Below are positions 19,559 to 30,058 of a stretch of DNA of 32,000 nt, in pieces; the stretch's first letter is position 1, and each line of letters opens with the position of its first letter. The position numbers were made by a program, and so were the translations under genes. This DNA comes from Candidatus Saccharimonadota bacterium (lineage in GTDB: Bacteria > Patescibacteriota > Gracilibacteria > Absconditabacterales > Absconditicoccaceae): the NCBI GenBank assembly GCA_000503875.1, contig CP006913.1, forward strand, positions 240,001 through 272,000, written 5' to 3'. Below the pieces are notes generated by a model. It was not told where the DNA came from. It did no database searches and saw only the letters and a program-made list of their open reading frames with translations.

Positions 19559-21661
19559 ATGGCTGAAGAGAGAAAACCATTGAGTATGGTGAGAAACATC
19601 GGTATCATGGCACACATTGATGCAGGAAAAACTACCACTACAGAAAGAGTATTGTTTTATACAGGTAAAAAGCACAAAATAGGTGAAGTACATGAAGGTG
19701 CTGCTGAAATGGACTGGATGGAACAAGAAAAAGAGAGAGGTATTACTATTACTTCTGCAACAACAGCATGTTTTTGGGATGGACATCATATCAATATTAT
19801 CGATACTCCAGGACACGTTGATTTTACGGTTGAAGTAGAGAGATCTCTTAGAGTTCTTGATGGAGCCGTTGCTTTGCTTGATGGATCACAAGGAGTTGAA
19901 CCACAAACAGAAACAGTTTGGAGACAAGCTGATAAATACGGTGTACCAAGACTTATCTATGTAAACAAGATGGACAAACTTGGTGCTGATTTTTATATGT
20001 CTGTTGATTCTATTAAATCAAGAATTACAGATAAAGGTGTAGTTATGCAATTACCAGTATGACAAGCTGACGAATTCAAGGCAATTATAGATCTTATGAA
20101 AATGAAGATGTATACTTTCACTTGAGATCATGGAATTATGGTTAATGAACATGAAATTCCTGCTGATATGCAAGCAAAATGTGAAGAATATAGAGAAGCT
20201 ATGATTGATAAAGTATCTATGTTTGATGATGAATTAGCAGAAAAGTTCCTTGGAGGAGAAGAAATCTCTATAGAACTTATCAAAAGAGCTATTAGAAAAG
20301 GAGTTGTTACCAACCAATTGTATCCAATTATGTGTGGATCATCACTTGGAAATAAAGGAACTCAATTAATGCTTGATGCAGTAGTTGATTATCTTCCTTG
20401 TCCACTTGATAGAGGTTCTATGAAAGGACATGACGTTGATGATGATGATAAAATACTTGAAAGAAAACCATCTGATGATGAATCAATTTCTGCAATTGCA
20501 TTCAAAATCCTTACCGATCCATTTGTGGGTACTTTGACGTACGTAAGAGTATATTCTGGAGTTATTCATTCTGGAGATTTTCTATTAAATCCAGTTACTG
20601 GACAAAAAGAAAGAGTAGGAAGGCTTTTGCTTATGCATGCCAACAAAAGAGAAGAAATATCTGAAGTTCATGCAGGACATATCTGTGCGTTCTTGGGACT
20701 TAAAGATACAAGAACAGGAAATACACTTTGTGATATGAACAAACCAATTATTCTAGAAAAAATGACATTTCCAGAACCAGTTATTGATATTGCTATTGAA
20801 CCAAAATCAAAAGCAGATCAAGAAAGAATGGGACTTGGACTTAGCAAATTAGCTTACGAAGATCCTTCATTCAAATATTATACTGATCCAGAAAGTAATC
20901 AAACAATTATTGCTGGAATGGGAGAGTTGCATTTGGAAATTATCGTAGATAGACTTAGAAGAGAACATAAAGTAGAAGTAACAACTGGAAAACCTCAAGT
21001 AGCATATAGAGAAACTATTACTAAATCTGCTGAAGGAGAAGGATTATTCAAGAAACAATCTGGAGGTAGAGGTCAATATGGACACGTACTTTTGAGACTT
21101 GAAAGAGTTGAAGAAAAAGATTACGAGTTTAAAGATGAAGTTACAGGAGGTAGAATTCCTAAAGAATTTATCCCAGCTATTGATAAGGGAGCAAAGGAAA
21201 GTGTTGCTCAAGGTATCTTAGCAGGATTCCCTATCATCAACGTAAGAGTATGTCCATATGACGGATCTTATCATGATGTAGATTCATCAGAAATTGCCTT
21301 TAAGGTTGCTACCTACAAAGCGATGAAAGATGCATTTATGAAAGCTGGACCAGTAATTCTTGAACCAATTATGGATGTTGAAGTAGTTACTCCAGAAGAT
21401 TATGTTGGAACAGTGATGGGTGATCTAAGCGCAAGAAGAGGTATGATTCAAGGACAAGATAAGAGAGGAAACGGAGCAGTAGTTAGAGCAAAAGTTCCTT
21501 TGTCAGAGATGTTCGGATATACAACAGATTTGAGATCAAATACACAAGGAAGAGCTGCATCTTCAATGCAATTCGCAAGTTACGAAAAAGTGCCTGAAGC
21601 GGTTGCAAAAAAGATTATTGATGAAAGAGCTGGAAAAATCAAAAAAATTGACGAAGACTAA
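19559..21661 (+). CDS. fusA: Elongation factor G
   Basis: [20 protein letters not shown] and NKMD GTPase motifs. Two in-frame TGA codons (20060-20062 in QLPV-G-Q, the conserved LPIG; and 20123-20125) join tracked ORFs 19559 and 20138. Full domain II-V sequence follows. Confidence 0.97.
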
Positions 21662-21687
21662 AATATTTAATTTCATTTCAAAAGAAG

Positions 21688-21714
21688 CCCTGCATACTAT
21701 TTGCAGGGTTTTTC
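21688..21714 (+). terminator. Rho-independent terminator after fusA
   Basis: ccctgca-tactatt-tgcaggg followed by ttttt. Confidence 0.8.
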
Positions 21715-21827
21715 TGTCATAAAAAAAGGATTTGTCAACTTAAAAAAAGAAATCTGACTTAATTTTTTTGTATTTTCTTGTTTTGAGAATATACTTGTAA
21801 TGAAGGATTTACTTCAAATAATTACGT

Positions 21828-23573
21828 ATGAAAAACAATTTAAAGCACCATTTCCAACAACATATTTTGTATAATCATGTATTTCACCTAGTATTAGGTG
21901 TGCTTTTTGGAATTTGACTTATTCTTCGTGTACTTCAAGGAAGCGCGCAAGAGACAAACTCGTTTTTCCCATTTAATTCATTTATTATACAACATAACAA
22001 CTCAACAAATATTCATTTTCAATATGGAGGAAATAATTTAACATGAATTTTGGCCTGGTCATGATTGATAACATTGGCAACGCCAGAAACAATTTATCTT
22101 ACAGGAACATCATCTAGCGCAACATGTTCAAAACAATTAGAATGATTATATTATAATGCAATTAGATGATCAAAGCTTTGGCCTTTAGATCAAAATAGTC
22201 TTCAAAAATTAAAAGAACTCGATGGTTCTTATAGTAATATGGTTGTTGTAGGATGATTATATACCAATTGTACAGGAACAAATATACAAAGCAATTTTGT
22301 GATTGGACAAGTAACGCATACTAACTTAGGATTGAAATACGAATTGTTTGCAGGAATGCGTTATAATCTTACTGACAACAATATGAATATAACACAAGAT
22401 TTATATTGAGGAACATTGACCTTTCAAGATAATAAATTTCAAGGAAGAATTTTTGATATATATGGTGGTGGAATAGGTGATTTATCAAATCAAACGCTTC
22501 CTGGGACTATTTCTTTGTGAGGATTCTCAGGTGCTGTATTTTTTCCAGGAATTAGTAGCGTGCTTAATGCAGAGCCAAAAAAATTATATACATCAAATAC
22601 CTTTAGTGTAGCAGGGCTTACATGAAGAACATTAATTTCTATTTCAAGTGGAGCATTACTCTATATTAACGGTTCTTGAGTAGGGACAACAGGAATGATA
22701 AATAATAATGATCCATTAAAAATAGAAATGTTTGCTAGTGATGAATATGATAAAACAATAAATTCATCTATACAAATTGGTTCTTTATCATGATTTTTTA
22801 CAATAACCACAAAACCTAAACAACCTGATGTATGTATACTCAGTACAGAAGAGAAAAAGAGTATTACTGAAGTATTTTCAGGATTGATAGCACAATACGG
22901 GGAAACAGCTAAGTTAAATACACTTATGGGTACTATGGAAAGTATGATTAAAGATATGCAAGATTTTAATTATGATTGTAATTTAGCATATTTAAAAACA
23001 TTGGTAGAAAATTATTTGAAAGATAAAGAAGGAGATACAGATACTATGCATATTGCACCGAACTGTAAAAAATATACGGTTGTTTATAATGAAGAAAAGA
23101 AAGGATATACTTCATCAAATTTGAAGGTTAAGCAGTATTTTGCAACACGTGAAAGTTTAATTAGATTTATTGATAGTAAAAATCCAGGTGATTGCCATGT
23201 AGTCGCTTATGATAGTGATAATGAAGAATATAAGGAATTAGACGATAATATGTATATAGCACCAAATGGAAAAGTTTATGAAATTGGTGAAACAGCTGGA
23301 ATATTTAGTTCTCCAACCATGGCTAACAAAAAAGAATTTTCTTCTAAAGATGCTCTCTTATATTATATTGATAGAAATAATCCTGTAATCGAAGTATGGG
23401 ATCATGAAGTAGATACGGATCGAGAACCAATAATTTATGCAGCAACAAATAGTAAAGAATACAAAATCTACAAAACCGACAAATGATTTATGTCGTATAA
23501 ACTGGTAAAAATAAAATATTTTTCAACGCAAGAAGAAATTATTGCTTATATTGAGAAGAACAACAAAAAATAA
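21828..23573 (+). CDS. Hypothetical membrane-anchored protein (581 aa) with three C-terminal repeats
   Basis: ATG 21828. N-terminal TM segment VFHLVLGVLFGI-G-LILRVL. About 14 in-frame TGA codons before it joins tracked ORF 22884; one more TGA, then TAA at 23571-23573. No TAA/TAG inside. Confidence 0.7.
23046..23564 (+). repeat. Three ~45-aa protein repeats
   Basis: MHIAPNCKKYTVVYNEEKKGYTSSNLKVKQYFATRESLIRFIDSKNP / MYIAPNGKVYEIGETAGIFSSPTMANKKEFSSKDALLYYIDRNNP / IIYAATNSKEYKIYKTDKGFMSYKLVKIKYFSTQEEIIAYIEKNN. Confidence 0.65.
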
Positions 23574-23576
23574 CTA

Positions 23577-24653
23577 TTATTCTTTTGCCATGGTCTCTTG
23601 AAGAAGTCTAGTTTGATTTTCAAGGACCATTTTTTCCATAATATCATCAAGATCTCCTGTCAAGACAACAGGTATGTTTGACCAAGATTCGTGAATACGA
23701 TGATCAGTTATTCTATCTTGAGGAAAGTTATATGTTCTGATTTTTTCTGATCTATCTCCTGTTCCAATCTGGTTTCATCTCAATGTTTTTTCTTTTTCCA
23801 TTTTTTTATCTAATTCAATCTGATATAATCTGGATTTCAATACAGAAAACGCTTTTTCTTTATTTTGTAGTTGGGATTTGCTATCTCCAATATTTACAAT
23901 CAATCAACTTGGGTTATGATGAATTCTAACTCCTGTTTGATTCTTATTGGCATTTTGTCATCCAGCAGAAGAAGCTGCATATGTTTCCATTTGAATATCT
24001 TTTGGATCAATAACGATATCTACGTCTTCTGCTTCAGGCATAATAGCAACGGTTACGGTCGAAGTATGAACCCTTCCTTGTGATTCTGTAGCAGGAATTC
24101 TTTGAACTCTATGAACTCCACTTTCAAATTTCATAAGAGAGTAGACTTTATTACCAGAAATTTTTACAGTAACATCTTTAATTCATCAAATATCAGAAAG
24201 TTGTTCATCTACAATTTCTGTTTTCCAACCTTTTCTTGTTGCATATCAAAGGTACATTTTCAAAAGTTCTGTAGCGAAAAGTCCAGCTTCATCACCTCAA
24301 GCTGCAGGTCTAATTTCTAAATAAATATCTTTATCATCATTTGGATCCGTCGGCAAAAGAGCAATCTTGATACGTTTATCAAGGTCTTCAAGCTGAATTT
24401 CAGCGTTTTCTAATTCTTCTTGAGCCATAGCTAGCATATCTTCATCTGTCTCATTTGTAAGTATATCTTTGGCCTCAGTTACTTGGCCAGCATATTTTCT
24501 ATAAGAAACAGCAAGATCATATACTTCTTTCAGGTTTGAAAGTTCTTTGTTGATAGCAATATATGATTTCATGTCATTCATAGCAGCAGGATCCATAGCT
24601 TGTTCCTGTAGTTGAAGATATTTTTTTTCTATAGTTTGTAATTTATTTAACAT
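23577..24653 (-). CDS. prfA: Peptide chain release factor 1
   Basis: PAA-G(TGA)-[19 protein letters not shown] carries the PxT tripeptide of RF1, not the SPF of RF2. SSAG-G(TGA 23958-23960)-QNANK is the GGQ motif. [22 protein letters not shown] follows. Five in-frame TGA codons; TAA at 23577-23579. Confidence 0.95.
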
Positions 24654-24707
24654 GGTAATAAGTGAAAATTTAAAACATTGTTATTAACTAATAGATTTCT
24701 CTTTTTT

Positions 24708-24913
24708 GTTTTTCGCTCCGCTGGGGATATTTTTAATGTTACTTTTTGCTCCCAGGTCAAAAAGTAACCAAAAACCCCTCGTGAGCTGTTACATTTTCTT
24801 AACGGTAGAAAACACAAACAAATTCGACTCCATATTTTCTTACCTAAAAATGTAAACGCTCACCTATTTTATTAGTGTAGATTACTTCGCTGCGCTATCG
24901 CCTTCTAGTAGAT
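24708..24913 (-). repeat. Structured intergenic element, copy B (candidate cis-regulatory RNA or ncRNA)
   Basis: Minus strand: ATCTACTAGAAGGCGATAGCGCAGCGAAGTA (24913-24883), then a long imperfect hairpin (GUGAGCGUUUACAUUUU...AAAAUGUAACAGCUCAC). Next comes GGGGTTTTTGGTTACTTTTTG-ACCTGGGAG-CAAAAAGTAACAT..AAAAATATCCCC. It fills the gap between the S2P stop codon and the prfA start codon. Confidence 0.55.
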
Positions 24914-24931
24914 ATTTTGATCTTTGTATCG

Positions 24932-25582
24932 TTAATAAAAAACTTGTCACAATATCATAAATAAGACATTAAAAATAGCTACGCTAACTGTAGAAAGAAA
25001 ATTTCAAATTATACCACTTCCTGGTCAGATAATCAAAATTAAAAAGAAAATAGATATGTACATAGTATATTTTTCTACAAATTCACCTACTTCCCAAGAA
25101 ATCATTTTTACCAATCTAAACCCATCAAGTGGGGGAATAGGAAGTAAATTGAAAACCGCTAGACCAATATTGATAAAAGAAAAAGAAAGCCAAAATGAAA
25201 AATAAATATCTGTTGGATTGAGTATAGCTTGAAGTCAAAGTCAGCTTATTTTTGATGAAATAATGAGCAAAAGAATACCAAAAACTGCTAATAATAAATT
25301 GGTAGCTGGTCCAGCAAGAGCAACCATTAATTCACCTAAATGAGGCTTTTTATAATACATAGGATTTATTTGCACTGGTTTTCCCCATCCAAAATGAATC
25401 AAAAAAATCATTAGAAATCCTATCGGATCTATATGTTTCAAGGGATTCGGAGTTAATCTTCATTGCAATTTTGGTGTTGGATCTCAAAGTCTATGAGAAA
25501 CATAGGCATGTGCATATTCATGTAGCCCAATAGAAACAGCAAGAATTATTGCTAATTGAAGTATTTGAATAATATCTATCAT
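24932..25582 (-). CDS. Site-2 protease family (peptidase M50) membrane metalloprotease
   Basis: [37 protein letters not shown]...FGWGKPV...LAGPATNLL...FNLLPIPPLDG, i.e. HExxH plus the NxxPxxxLDG motif. Extends tracked ORF 25241..25441 in both directions through TGA codons. Confidence 0.9.
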
Positions 25583-25606
25583 ATATACAAAATAAGGAAC
25601 AAAAAA

Positions 25607-27667
25607 TTATTCAACAAGAACATCTGATCAAGTATCAGAAAGGACATCATCATTAGGTGTTTCAATAGAAGGAAGCTCGTTGGATAAACCAAGTGCATTT
25701 TTAATAAAAAGAGAAAAATTTATATAATTCCAGATTTTTTTTCAATCGATATGAACAGTATTTACCAATTTAAGATTTTTATAAACAAGTTCTCTTCGGT
25801 TATAATCATATAATTCTAATCATTCATTTCCTGTTCAAAAAAGTTTTTCAGCAACATTTATTTTTACCTGCATAGGTACAAATGCTTTACCCAAAACGAC
25901 AAAAGGCATATCTTTGGCATAAATATTATTTACTTCATTAAGAACTCTTTGAGAAGATTTGTCTGTATATTGCTGAAGAAGTGAGATTAATTTTGTATTT
26001 TGATATTGAGATGGGTTTTTCATTGCGCTATCAGTTGCAAAAAGTTTTGTAATATCCTTTTTGAGTCCCATATCTATTGTATTTATCATAATATCATAAT
26101 CACCCAAGACCAATCTTCATTCTAATTCTTGCAATGATTTGATAGGTTCAAAAGTAAAGTAATTACCAATATCAAATTTAGTAAAAATCGATTGAAGATT
26201 TAGAACAATGGCTTGATATAATGGTTCATCATAATAGAGAACAGAGAGTGGTTCTATAGTTCAAGTAAACGTAGCTTTTGGTTCGGTAACATTATAAACA
26301 TCTACTGTTGCAAGAGTTATTTTTTTATTATTTTTCCATCATAAAATAATATATTTATTAAGTCCTGTTCAAAAACTTTTTAAACTAGTTCCTAATATAA
26401 ATTCTGCTTTTTTGTTTTTTGACGAATAAGAACTTGCTGAAATAAGTTTTTGTCCATATTGCATTGCAATTCTATCATAAGCCGTATCAAAAAATACAGC
26501 TAATCCTGTTTTACTTGGTTCTGTCTCCGTATAAAATACAAATTTTTTGTTTTCTCATTTGATAGTTATATCCCTAGGTAGTGGTTCTATTCAACTATCA
26601 ATGAGATCTTTTTTAACTACAGCATCTTGATCATAACTTGTATTTAGATATTCTTTAATATTTGTTCCCGTAGAAAGAAAAACATCAAACAATCCATCAG
26701 TATTTTTGAGTAAATATTTGTTATATCCAGTACTATAAAAATTACGTTTAATAAGTCATCATAAAGCTCTTCTTGTTCTTACACGAAGCTTATCAGAATT
26801 GGTATTAAAAAAAACAGTAATAATCTTATTGGTAAAAAGATTGTGTTGTTCATATCAAGGAAATGTTTTATCTCATAGATAAACATCTACGATAGAGCTT
26901 TTTTTCTCATCAATAACTGAATTAAATGCGTCAAAAGAAAGGTGATTTTTGATTTGATAAAAGTTTAGACTAGTGTCTGTACAATTTACCAGATTAAAAA
27001 TAAGGCTATATTGATCACTTGTTTGAGAAACAATATTAGCACAATTAGTATAAATAGGCTGTACTGCAAACAATTCCCTATAACTTTGGAAATCAAAATC
27101 TTTGAGAATATGTAACGGAAGAATATATTGTGTAAAGAACAGTTTGTTGTCTATTGATGTTGTAGGAAAGACAACTTTAAAAGAAGAGTCTGATTCTTTT
27201 GTTATTTTTACATCTTTATAAGGAGTTAATGTCCTAATTCATCGCTTATTTTTGATAATAATGTCTTGATAAGTAAACAAGATATCATCAAGTGAAAGAG
27301 GAGTGCCATCAGACCAAATAGTTCAAGGATGGACAGTTATGGTATAGGTTTTATTATCTTTAGTATTTACATTACACAAATCTTCTTTGAATTGCATTCA
27401 TTCAGAAACAATAGAATATTTAAGACAACTATTAAATAACAACCCTTGATAAAAAGAACTTTGTCCATCAGTACGAAGATATGGTAGGTAAGAAGTGCTG
27501 TCAAAAATTCATTCAACAAAAGTTCCTCATTTAGAATTTGTTTTATTGGAAGAAAACCAAACATATTTATACAAGATAAAAATGCTGCTGATAATCCACA
27601 AAATTAAAGTTACAAAAAAAATATATCTCAAAAATCTTTTGATATAATGTTTATCAAGAGTAATCAT
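25607..27667 (-). CDS. Extracellular solute-binding protein, family 5 (peptide/nickel OppA/DppA-like), N-terminally anchored
   Basis: MITLDKHYIKRFLRYIFFVTLILWIISSIFIL anchor. DNKTYTITVHP-G-TIWSDGTPLSLDDILFTYQ is the SBP_bac_5 core motif. In frame with tracked ORFs 26873..27073 and 25835..26113. About 20 TGA codons; TAA at 25607-25609. Confidence 0.75.
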
Positions 27668-27672
27668 AAAAA

Positions 27673-27897
27673 TTACTTACTATAAGGTAAAAGTAATGAT
27701 GAAACGACAAAAACAATACCAGAAATAGTAGCTATTTTTTTTACTTTCCCTTCAAGGGATTTTTTGCTACCATATTCATTTCCACCAGCCATTCCTCCTA
27801 TTCCTAGTCCAATACCTCCTTTTGGAGACATTAAAAGAGCAGCTCCAATAAAAGCAATTCCTGAAAGAATCATAATAATAATTAACAACGTGCGCAT
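27673..27897 (-). CDS. secG: Preprotein translocase subunit SecG
   Basis: MRTLLIIIMILSGIAFIGAALLMSPKGGIGLGIGGMAGGN...KKIATISGIVFVVSSLLL: two TM segments flanking a Gly-rich loop, 74 aa. The start is taken at the internal ATG (27897) of the tracked ORF. Confidence 0.7.
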   Translation of the reverse strand: MRTLLIIIMILSGIAFIGAALLMSPKGGIGLGIGGMAGGNEYGSKKSLEGKVKKIATISGIVFVVSSLLLPYSK

Positions 27898-27910
27898 AAA
27901 ATAATATTCA

Positions 27911-27950
27911 AAAAAATAAAAAAACGTATGCACTATAACATACGTTTTTT
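27911..27950 (-). terminator. Rho-independent (bidirectional-looking) terminator after the pilin-fusion gene
   Basis: 10-bp stem aaaacgtatg/catacgtttt with A/T runs on both sides. Confidence 0.75.
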
Positions 27951-27973
27951 CTAGGTAAAATCAATTGAAAATA

Positions 27974-30058
27974 TTAGTTGATAATCAAGAAGTTGGTAAC
28001 AATATATCCGGTTCCTATAACTATAATTCCAATGAAGATATATAATAAACTATTTTTGATTTTTTTCATAGCATCTGGACTATCTGGTTTGAGTAATAAT
28101 TGGAATGCTTGAACTAAAACCATAATGAGAATTACCAATGCAGCCAATCCCATTGCCCAGTTAATAATTTCATACAAGATAGGTAGATTTTTGTTTGCCA
28201 AAAGTCCAGATCCAATTTCTCATAGGTTACTAACTGCTTTTACTACGTCTTGCTGTTTTCCATAAATAAACTCAATAACTTGTTTTGCTCAAATAATAAT
28301 AAACATACCAAGTACATTCCAAGCAATAATAGTTCCTGCTTTTTTCTTGGCATCTTCATCAGTTCCAAAGACAAATGTTAATGCACGAGAGGCCAATAAA
28401 ACAAATAATACGCCAAGTGCTAAATAAATAGCCAATTTAATAAAAGGGAATGCAATTTTTTCATATATTTTTTGTGCTATTTCATATCATTGTAATTCTC
28501 CATAACCTATATTTCCAGTAAGAAAAATATCATTATAAAGTGTTGTTGAAATAAATTTTGCACTCATAATAACGATAATTCCCAATACTCAATAAACAAT
28601 ATAATTAGTACCTTCACTAATAGCTTTTTCATCACTAGAAAATAAAATTTTATAGAACCCCAAAAGAGAAATCAGAATTCCAATAGTTATAATAAGAGGA
28701 ACTAATACATCCATAATTTTTTTTAGTAAAAAATCTTTTACTGCATCTGCACCAGGTGTAGCACTTACATCACTTAAAATTTCTGGTGCATCAAGATTGT
28801 TTTTGATACTATCAATTGCTCTATTCATTGCGATATCAAATCTTTCTGCTTTGATGATAGCTACTGTTCATAATCGAGTGTTATTACTAACAACAGTTTC
28901 TTGATCTCGTTTCTTTAATTCACACGAAACTTTTTTGTCACCCAAAGATTGAGTAAATATATCTTTTAGAATTACAGTTTGTTTGAGTGATGTTCCAGGA
29001 TTAAGAGTAAATTGGACTAGTTTTTTAGATTGATAAATAACGAGTTTTTGTCCGTTATCCATATGCCAATAACAAGTTAATAATCCAGCGGGAACATTTG
29101 CTTTATTTACAAGATTAGTTCCTCGATTTTTTATAAGAACATCAAGGGATGGACTAGAATATTGTGCAAAACTAAGTAATCATCAAGGGAATTTTACTTC
29201 AAGTCTAAGGTCAACCCCAGTGACAAGTCATCAAGTAACCTTACATCCTAAATATTTAAACACATTTCGATTGCCAACAATTGCTCAATTATTACAAGAA
29301 AGTGTAGTAGAACTTTGAGCACAAGTTTTTGGAAACAATACTTCTTGTGCAGAATATGCAGTAATTCCAGAACCGTGAAGGATCGGAACACCTCCTATAT
29401 TACAATCAGCAGGAAGTCAGTCTAAACAAGTATCATATGGATATTGATTAAAATCACCAATAAATGTTCCATTGGTACAAGAAAACATAGATCATATGTT
29501 TACACATTTTTTTGGATAGATACTAGTCATAGTAGAATAATAAATTTTTGACCATCAATGAGGATAATCTGTATTATTTACTGTACATATTTTAAATCAA
29601 AGATCGGTACATCATTCATATATTGCATCTGGATTTCCTCATTCCCATATTCCATCTGTACAAGTTAGAATAACCTTTATTTGTTCACATGTTTGGGTAT
29701 TTGTTGACGTTGTAGATGTGTAACCAACCAAAGAATTTCTATTGGCTACAAATTGTTCTAGCCAAGGATGAATACATTCATTATCTCTTCTTTCGCGACA
29801 AGTTTCATAAGGATAATCATCGATATCATAACTATTTGGACTTATAAATTCTCAATTTTTACATTGAAAATTTGATAATGTTTCTATACATGTTTTATCA
29901 TATGTAGATACATCTATTTTATAAAATCCTGTATAATCCAAATGATTAACAAAATTTCATGAAGGGGTTTCACAAGGTTCTGTTTCTTGTGCAAATGTAA
30001 TAAAAGAAAATGTAGATAAGACTACGGTTAATAAAATGGAGTACATAAAGCGTTTCAT
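27974..30058 (-). CDS. Secreted Cys-rich ectodomain protein fused to three VirB2/TrbC (T4SS pilin)-like membrane hairpin modules
   Basis: ATG at 30058. Signal peptide MKRFMYSILLTVVLSTFSFITFA, four Cys-patterned repeats, an Ig/CARDB-like segment, then six TM helices arranged as three pilin-like hairpins. In frame with tracked ORFs 28868, 28589 and 27974. About 20 TGA codons; TAA at 27974-27976. Confidence 0.75.
27977..28730 (-). repeat. Three tandem pilin-like (TM-loop-TM) modules (protein level)
   Basis: IMDVLVPLIITIGILISLLGFYKILFSSDEKAISEGTNYIVYGVLGIIVIMSAKFI / IAFPFIKLAIYLALGVLFVLLASRALTFVFGTDEDAKKKAGTIIAWNVLGMFIIIGAKQVI / IINWAMGLAALVILIMVLVQAFQLLLKPDSPDAMKKIKNSLLYIFIGIIVIGTGYIV. Confidence 0.6.

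Noticed and set aside
27367-27564. Tracked 65-aa minus ORF (MFGFLPIKQ...).
   Set aside because: It is out of frame relative to the SBP5 CDS, whose frame gives the anchor helix and the conserved WSDG motif.
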